Sequence record: Ga0255770_10006719
Source of the DNA: a metagenome
Reading direction: 5' to 3' (one strand)
DNA: 9,312 bases
Positions 5,049 through 9,312 of the stretch are shown here, one piece after another. The notes beneath the pieces were generated by a model. That model saw only the letters and a program-made list of their open reading frames with translations, ran no database searches and had not been told where the DNA came from. A program made the position numbers and the translations under genes. The first letter of the stretch is position 1, and each line of letters begins with the position of its first letter.

Positions 5049-8000
5049 TCAGACGGCGGAGATGACTCGGCGACGCTCGTCGTCGCGTATTCGCAGACGC
5101 GCGGCGTCGATGACTCTACGAATGTCTTCGACGGATTTGGCGGTTTTCGACGCGAGGTTCGTGGAGAGCGCGGAGTACGCGTCCGCGATGATGTCGTCTC
5201 TCGGTCGACGCGTCGGAAGCGGCGGCCGTTTCTTAGCCGTTTCTTCACCGTCGTCGTCGTTGTCATCGTCAGCCTCTTGTTTTTCCGGTTGTTCGGGATT
5301 TCGCGCGACGACGCCTGGGAGATTGTAATTGTTCGTCGCCTTTGATGATTCGACGAGCGCGGCGTCGTACTCCTCGTCTCTCGCCGCGTACTCTTCGTAG
5401 AGTTCCCGCACGCCGAGGTGGAACCAGCTCTCGAGCGTGTCCACGGCGTTGAATCCAAGAGATACGAGCGGTTTATGAAGCGTCGCCGCCGTGTTTTTGC
5501 GCGGCTTCATAGCCTTGGCGCACGCTCTCAAATCTCTGACGAATCGATTTGGATCGCCAATCTTGCGGTCGAGCGCGAGATCAATCAATCGTGACGCTTG
5601 TGCGCAATTGTCAAAGAAACGATCGTATTTGCGCGTCTTGAGTAGTTCGCGCGTGCACTTGGCGATCGCCGCGCGAACGACCGCCCGAGATCGTCGAACT
5701 CGGATTCGAAGCGCCTCGCACGCCGCCTCGTGAGATTGTTCGTCATCCGCAGGCGGTTTTTCAGGCATCTTCTCGCTCGCGACAAACCTCGCCGCGACGT
5801 GCGAGCGCGAATCGGCGAACACCGCGGGTACGTCGACGTCGGCGATGTGCTCAGCCGCGCGACGCATCGTTCGTTCGACGGCTTCGGCGTCCAGACTGGG
5901 GTCGACGTCCACGAGCGCTCCATCGCACGCAAAAAAGTGCTTGACTGCATCCGGAATCGCCTCGCTCGGTAGATTGACGGACGCGATGACGTAGAGCCCA
6001 CCTTCTCCCGAGGAGGACGCGGGGTAACAATCCGAAACCGTGCTCTGCACGAGGTCCCACAGGGCGCTGGTGGTGACGCCCAAGGTTTCTCCATCTGGCT
6101 CGGCGGTTTGCGCCAGGGCCCACAATTCTAAATCCGGCATGATGAGCGTCGTCCTCGTTCGGGTCGCCTGTCTGAGAGGTTCGAGCAGCGCCGGTCCGAC
6201 GCCATGATGTGCGTCTCCGTCTCCGCAGGCTATGAGGGAAGTAAGACTGATTAAATGCGTCGAAGTGCCACTCAACGCGTTGAGCAGGACGTCGACGATT
6301 TCGCGTTGCCCGTTGCCCGGTTCGCCGGCAATAAGCAAGCGACAGCCTTGTCTCGCGGGTCCGTCGACGATCGCCTCGTCATGAGACGGCGGCGTTTTCG
6401 GTGCCAGCGCCAGCGCGTCGACCTCGGCGCAATCATCGTCGTCGTCATCGTCTCCGTTGCCCCGGATGACGTCGATGGCGCCGGCGGCGACCAACGCGCC
6501 CTCTACGTCGCCTCGTGTGGCGAGTGCCATCTTCTTGACTGCACACCTCGGCGTAACCGGAGCCCCGCGGCGAATGAACTCGTACAATGCTTGACGAACA
6601 TTCTCTCCGAGAACCGGGTAGAGGTAGCTCTCGATCGGTCGTCCTCGAGGGACGAGCGCCGCTGCGGCGGTTCGCGCCGAACACGCGCTCGAAGTCGTCG
6701 TCAATGCGTGCGTCCAATCTCTCGAAGCCACCGTGATGCCCTCTCGTCGACTCTCTCGATACTTTTCTCGTCGCTTCAACGCGTCGTCTTGCGCTTCCTT
6801 GATCCGTGCACTCAGCTTTTTGTTTTCAAACTCGGGATCCATCGGGAGCAATTCAACGTTGACGTTGGGTCGAAAGAGTTGCATCCACTTTTCCTCTCCG
6901 TTGAAAATGTTCGAGTCATCGTACTGAATCCTGTGAGTGACGGTGTTGCGATCGTAACCAACGATTGTCGCGTCGTGAAGAACGTCTTCCAACGGCCAGT
7001 ACACGCGGATACGCTTTCCAAGCGCTTCAAACTGTTCCAGCGATAGGCTCGCGCCGACGCGGCCGTGAGAACTCTCGACGCGCGCCTCCTCCATCGCCGC
7101 CTCGGCGCTCGGAGGAGGCGGAAGCCTAGACTCGAGCTCGACAGCCAAAGAGTCGCGCGTTGGATCGCCCTTGAGCAAAGACGGACACGTTCTCTGAAGT
7201 GCGCTCATGAGAGCGGCGTTGGCGATGGCGCGCAAATCGGCGCCCGCGCACCCTTCGGTGCGCGCCGCGACGGCTTCGAGGGTGGCTCTCGTCGGCGCGG
7301 GCGTCCACCCGCGAGTGTGCACGCCGAGAATGTCCGCTCGTGCGCGCGCATCCGGTAAACCAAAGAATAGTTCGCGGTCGAAACGACCCGGACGCCGAAG
7401 CGCGGCGTCAACCGCGTCTGGCCGATTGGTAGAGGCGACGACGACGACGGAGCCTCTGCCAGATAAGCCATCCATCAACGCGAGGAGCGTGGCCACGACG
7501 GAGGAGTGAATCTCATCCTGCGCCCCGGACGCACCGCCTCCGCCGCGTCGAGCGGGCGCCAACCCGTCAATCTCGTCGAAAAATATAATGCTCGGCTGAT
7601 GCTTCTCCGCCTCCTCAAAGAGCAATCTGAGCTTGCGCTCCGCCTCGCCGCTATACTTGCCCAAGCAATCCGCGCCCAGACGACTAAAGAAACTGATTGG
7701 CCGCGGTCCTCGAGCGGCGGCACCGAGCATGGCGCGAACTGCCGCGGTCTTACCCGTCCCCGGGGGTCCATGAAGGAGGACACCGCGCGCCGCTCCAGCG
7801 CCCAGCGTCTCAAACATTTCCGGATACGCGAGCGGCAAAAGCGTCATCTCTTTGAGCGTCTTGACGTGCTCCTCCATGCCTGCGAGCGACTCCCAACCCT
7901 GTGAGTACGCAGACACACCCATTCCACCACCGACGACGACTCGTGGAATCTCAGACTTGTCCTTTTCGAAACGCCTCGATTCTCTCAGCCTAAAGGCTTC

Positions 8001-8918
8001 CTCGTCATCCGCAATGGCGCCCACCTTGTCCTTTTCGGCACTCAATCGGGCGCCCGCCTCCATGACAGCCTGATAAATCGCCCCTTCCCGCGTGTTCATA
8101 AACTTTTCATCATTCATCTTGATGCGTTTCCTCGACCCCCCGCGCCGCTGCTTGCGTCTCTTCTCCGCGTCCTCCTCGGCGGCGGCTCTAATCCTATTCA
8201 AAATCGGCGTCGCGCCCGGCGCGCGCGGCGCCACTCGCTGCGCTTCGTTCCCGCCCGCCGCACCCGACGGCCCAGCCCCGGCTCCAGTCATCGCACGACG
8301 AGCGTGGTGATCGTCTAAACCGTCCTCTCCCCCGCTCCCAGAATCCCCCCGAATCATCGTCTGCGTCGTCGTCTGCGTCGTCGTCGTCTGTTGCTGCTCC
8401 GCCTCCTCCACGCCCACGTCTTGCCAACGCGCGTCCGCCCGCTCCGTCGCCAACCTCCGCACGTGTCTCGGACACGCCAGCATAAATTCACTCTGCGCGA
8501 ACGAACAATTCGCTTCGTGCGCGCACGTCAAGTGATAACTCCTCGGACACTCCTCTATCCCGCACCCGATCGCCGCGCCTTTGAGTTTACACCACGCGCA
8601 CGTCATTTGTTTCGCCCGCTTCATCGCCGTCTCAACCTTTCTCAACCGCTCCATCCGCGCGTCAAAGTACACTTCCGGGCACCACAACGCGCACGCTTGA
8701 TGCGCGTGTTTCGGCGTCGTGTCCTTCCCGTCCAGGAGCACCGGTCCGACCCACTCGTCCAAGTCGAGCGCGTCGTAGCATCGTTTCAGCACCTTTTTCG
8801 GTCGTCGATTTCGGGGCTCTTTCGGGCACAAAAAGCACGTCCTCTCCAGGTGCTGCCGCGCCGACGGCGGCGCGGGGGCGACTCCACCGGCGACTCCGCC
8901 CCGTCTCTCGCTCGACAT
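5049..8918 (-). CDS. ATAD2/Yta7-family tandem AAA+ chromatin ATPase with an N-terminal extended-PHD zinc finger and a Tudor-like insert; 1289 aa from the first in-frame ATG
   Basis: This is the uninterrupted ORF 5049..8987. The track start at 8987 is TTG, and the first in-frame ATG is at 8918 (CAT at 8916-8918, MSSERRGG...). Walker A is GPPGTGKT at 7746-7769 and Walker B is IIFFDEID at 7566-7589. RRPGRFDREL is also present. The second module has a degenerate P-loop, LLIAGEPGNGQ, resembling human ATAD2 D2 (IVGEPGFGQ, from memory). Stop is TGA at 5049-5051. Confidence 0.9.
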   Translation of the reverse strand: MSSERRGGVAGGVAPAPPSARQHLERTCFLCPKEPRNRRPKKVLKRCYDALDLDEWVGPVLLDGKDTTPKHAHQACALWCPEVYFDARMERLRKVETAMKRAKQMTCAWCKLKGAAIGCGIEECPRSYHLTCAHEANCSFAQSEFMLACPRHVRRLATERADARWQDVGVEEAEQQQTTTTQTTTQTMIRGDSGSGGEDGLDDHHARRAMTGAGAGPSGAAGGNEAQRVAPRAPGATPILNRIRAAAEEDAEKRRKQRRGGSRKRIKMNDEKFMNTREGAIYQAVMEAGARLSAEKDKVGAIADDEEAFRLRESRRFEKDKSEIPRVVVGGGMGVSAYSQGWESLAGMEEHVKTLKEMTLLPLAYPEMFETLGAGAARGVLLHGPPGTGKTAAVRAMLGAAARGPRPISFFSRLGADCLGKYSGEAERKLRLLFEEAEKHQPSIIFFDEIDGLAPARRGGGGASGAQDEIHSSVVATLLALMDGLSGRGSVVVVASTNRPDAVDAALRRPGRFDRELFFGLPDARARADILGVHTRGWTPAPTRATLEAVAARTEGCAGADLRAIANAALMSALQRTCPSLLKGDPTRDSLAVELESRLPPPPSAEAAMEEARVESSHGRVGASLSLEQFEALGKRIRVYWPLEDVLHDATIVGYDRNTVTHRIQYDDSNIFNGEEKWMQLFRPNVNVELLPMDPEFENKKLSARIKEAQDDALKRREKYRESRREGITVASRDWTHALTTTSSACSARTAAAALVPRGRPIESYLYPVLGENVRQALYEFIRRGAPVTPRCAVKKMALATRGDVEGALVAAGAIDVIRGNGDDDDDDDCAEVDALALAPKTPPSHDEAIVDGPARQGCRLLIAGEPGNGQREIVDVLLNALSGTSTHLISLTSLIACGDGDAHHGVGPALLEPLRQATRTRTTLIMPDLELWALAQTAEPDGETLGVTTSALWDLVQSTVSDCYPASSSGEGGLYVIASVNLPSEAIPDAVKHFFACDGALVDVDPSLDAEAVERTMRRAAEHIADVDVPAVFADSRSHVAARFVASEKMPEKPPADDEQSHEAACEALRIRVRRSRAVVRAAIAKCTRELLKTRKYDRFFDNCAQASRLIDLALDRKIGDPNRFVRDLRACAKAMKPRKNTAATLHKPLVSLGFNAVDTLESWFHLGVRELYEEYAARDEEYDAALVESSKATNNYNLPGVVARNPEQPEKQEADDDNDDDGEETAKKRPPLPTRRPRDDIIADAYSALSTNLASKTAKSVEDIRRVIDAARLRIRDDERRRVISAV
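5388..5726 (-). other. Bromodomain-position segment of the ATAD2-like protein, apparently degenerate
   Basis: By eye, ALRIRVRR...RELLKTRKYDRFF...RLIDLALDRKIGDPNRFVRDLRACAKAMKP aligns with human ATAD2 ELRIFLRN...RLAIDKRFRVFTKPV...VISKIDLHKYLTVKDYLRDIDLICSNALEYNP (from memory). The PDY-containing ZA loop and the acetyl-lysine-binding Asn are not evident. Confidence 0.35.
5898..6350 (-). other. Degenerate second AAA module (D2) of the ATAD2-like protein
   Basis: RLLIAGEPGNGQREIV replaces the GxxGxGKT P-loop, as in ATAD2/Yta7 D2. It is followed by TLIMPDLELW and LYVIASVNLP, analogous to the ATAD2 D2 strand motifs. Confidence 0.6.
6840..7025 (-). other. Tudor-like (royal-family) domain inserted between AAA D1 and D2
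   Basis: GKRIRVYWPLEDVLHDATIVGYDRNTVTHRIQYDDSNIFNGEEKWMQL fits the plant-type Tudor signature RV.VYWP......G.V..YD.....H.I.YDD...E...L seen in MSH6/PDS5-like plant proteins. The WY pair is replaced by LH. Confidence 0.5.
7188..7895 (-). other. Catalytic AAA+ module D1 of the ATAD2-like protein
   Basis: GVLLHGPPGTGKT, IIFFDEIDGLAP, VVVVASTNRPDAVDAALRRPGRFDREL and GCAGADLRAI are classic-clade AAA signatures. Confidence 0.9.
8460..8837 (-). other. Extended PHD (ePHD / zf-HC5HC2H-like) zinc-finger domain of the ATAD2-like protein
   Basis: The Cys/His pattern is CFLC...C...H..CALWCPEVYF...C.WC...GA.I.C....C...YH..CA......F.....ACP.H. The H-x2-C-A-L-W-x-P-E-V and G-A-x-I-x-C...C...H..C blocks are hallmarks of ePHD fingers such as those in the PHF6/PHF7/G2E3/BRPF/JADE class. 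Confidence 0.7.
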
Positions 8919-9026
8919 CCGTCTCTCCTCCGCCCCGTCGGCGTCTGGCGCACCGACGACGGTTCGTTGGTTTCCATCCACATTCAAACATCAGTCAGTC
9001 AGTCATCGGTCAGTCGTCATCACGTC

Positions 9027-9067
9027 AAACCCTAACTAAACCCTAACTCTAAACCCTAACTAAACCC
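9027..9067. promoter_or_regulatory. Cluster of three telo-box-like AAACCCTAAC units plus a partial fourth (interstitial telomere-like repeat) upstream of the ATAD2-like gene
   Basis: AAACCCTAAC occurs at 9027-9036, 9038-9047 and 9051-9060, and AAACCC at 9062-9067. The cluster lies 109-149 bp upstream of ATG 8918 on the opposite side. AAACCCTAA is the plant telo-box, a permutation of the plant telomere repeat TTTAGGG. Confidence 0.6.
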
Positions 9068-9312
9068 ACACCTAGAGTCCTAGAGTCATCACTCAAGAAT
9101 TAGACCAAGGGTCGGTCGGTTTTTCAAACCTGATGAAAAAGGCTTCACACTTCGTCGGTCCCGTAGTAGACAGAGACGAAAACGAACGGCGATCGCATCA
9201 TCGCGGAGCGGTCAAAAATCGAGCGCCGAACCCGCCGTTTTCTTTCATGGGCAAAAATCCCGCGCACAGCGAGGATAGATGTCGCGTCGCAGAGGTCCGT
9301 GAAGCACGTTTT

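Noticed and set aside
6255-9035. Plus-strand ORFs 6255..7046 (263 aa), 7506..7904 and 8391..9035 (214 aa) antisense to the ATAD2-like gene
   Set aside because: The minus-strand frame encodes unmistakable AAA+ motifs over the same DNA. The antisense products are Arg-rich with no motifs.
9027-9067. True telomere or chromosome end
   Set aside because: There are only about 3.5 imperfect units, interrupted by T or TCT rather than forming a perfect CCCTAAA array. Unique sequence follows on both sides.
9027-9067. Telomerase RNA template (CTAAACCCTAA occurs at 9036-9046 and 9049-9059)
   Set aside because: A telomerase RNA has a single template of about 1.5 repeats with a defined boundary, not three tandem copies. 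I see no convincing Pol III USE/TATA promoter or T-run terminator around it. It cannot be excluded without covariance-model or expression data.
8989-9092. Box C/D snoRNA-like arrangement on the minus strand (GTGATGA at 9085-9091 and 9016-9022; CTGA boxes from the TGAC repeats)
   Set aside because: The CTGA boxes are by-products of a (TGAC)n microsatellite. No convincing terminal stem flanks the boxes. The interior would be telomere-like repeats, and the 3' part would overlap the leader of the ATAD2-like gene.
9247-9312. Possible start of a plus-strand gene (ATG at 9247, open for 22 codons to the window end: MGKNPAHSEDRCRVAEVREARF)
   Set aside because: It is too short and carries no motif, so it cannot be supported as a feature. 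It is worth checking with downstream sequence.

Overview
This is high-GC, very gene-dense DNA with no obvious spliceosomal introns. It reads as eukaryotic nuclear sequence, most like a prasinophyte picoalga of the Ostreococcus/Micromonas type. That assignment is an inference from composition, GAC/GTC-rich coding, plant-type AAACCCTAA motifs and eukaryote-only genes (ESCRT-III, ATAD2 family). Left to right the window holds: (1) the 3' part of an intron-containing tRNA-Pro(CGG) with a T6 Pol III terminator; (2) a ~250-bp AT-rich spacer carrying a perfect 18-bp duplicate of the tRNA 3' end plus periodic short motifs; (3) a minus-strand gene for a low-complexity protein with three C-T-F-x-P motifs; (4) a divergently oriented plus-strand gene for a small K/R/E-rich protein; (5) a minus-strand SirB1/YchA-like transglutaminase-fold + TPR protein with an organelle-presequence-like N-terminus; (6) a minus-strand ESCRT-III CHMP6/Vps20 homolog; (7) a large minus-strand ATAD2/Yta7-family double-AAA+ protein; (8) a cluster of telo-box-like AAACCCTAAC repeats upstream of that gene. 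Three ORF-track starts (2094, 2077, 8987) are TTG in the DNA, not ATG. For a eukaryote I reset those genes to the first in-frame ATG (1902, 2155 or 2269, 8918). I see no CRISPR array, no prokaryotic operon or defence system, and no transposase or integrase ORF. The window looks like ordinary core nuclear sequence. The points most worth a second look are the unusual reader-domain set of the ATAD2-like protein, the duplicated tRNA 3' end, and the telo-box cluster. None amounts to a demonstrable novel system from sequence alone.
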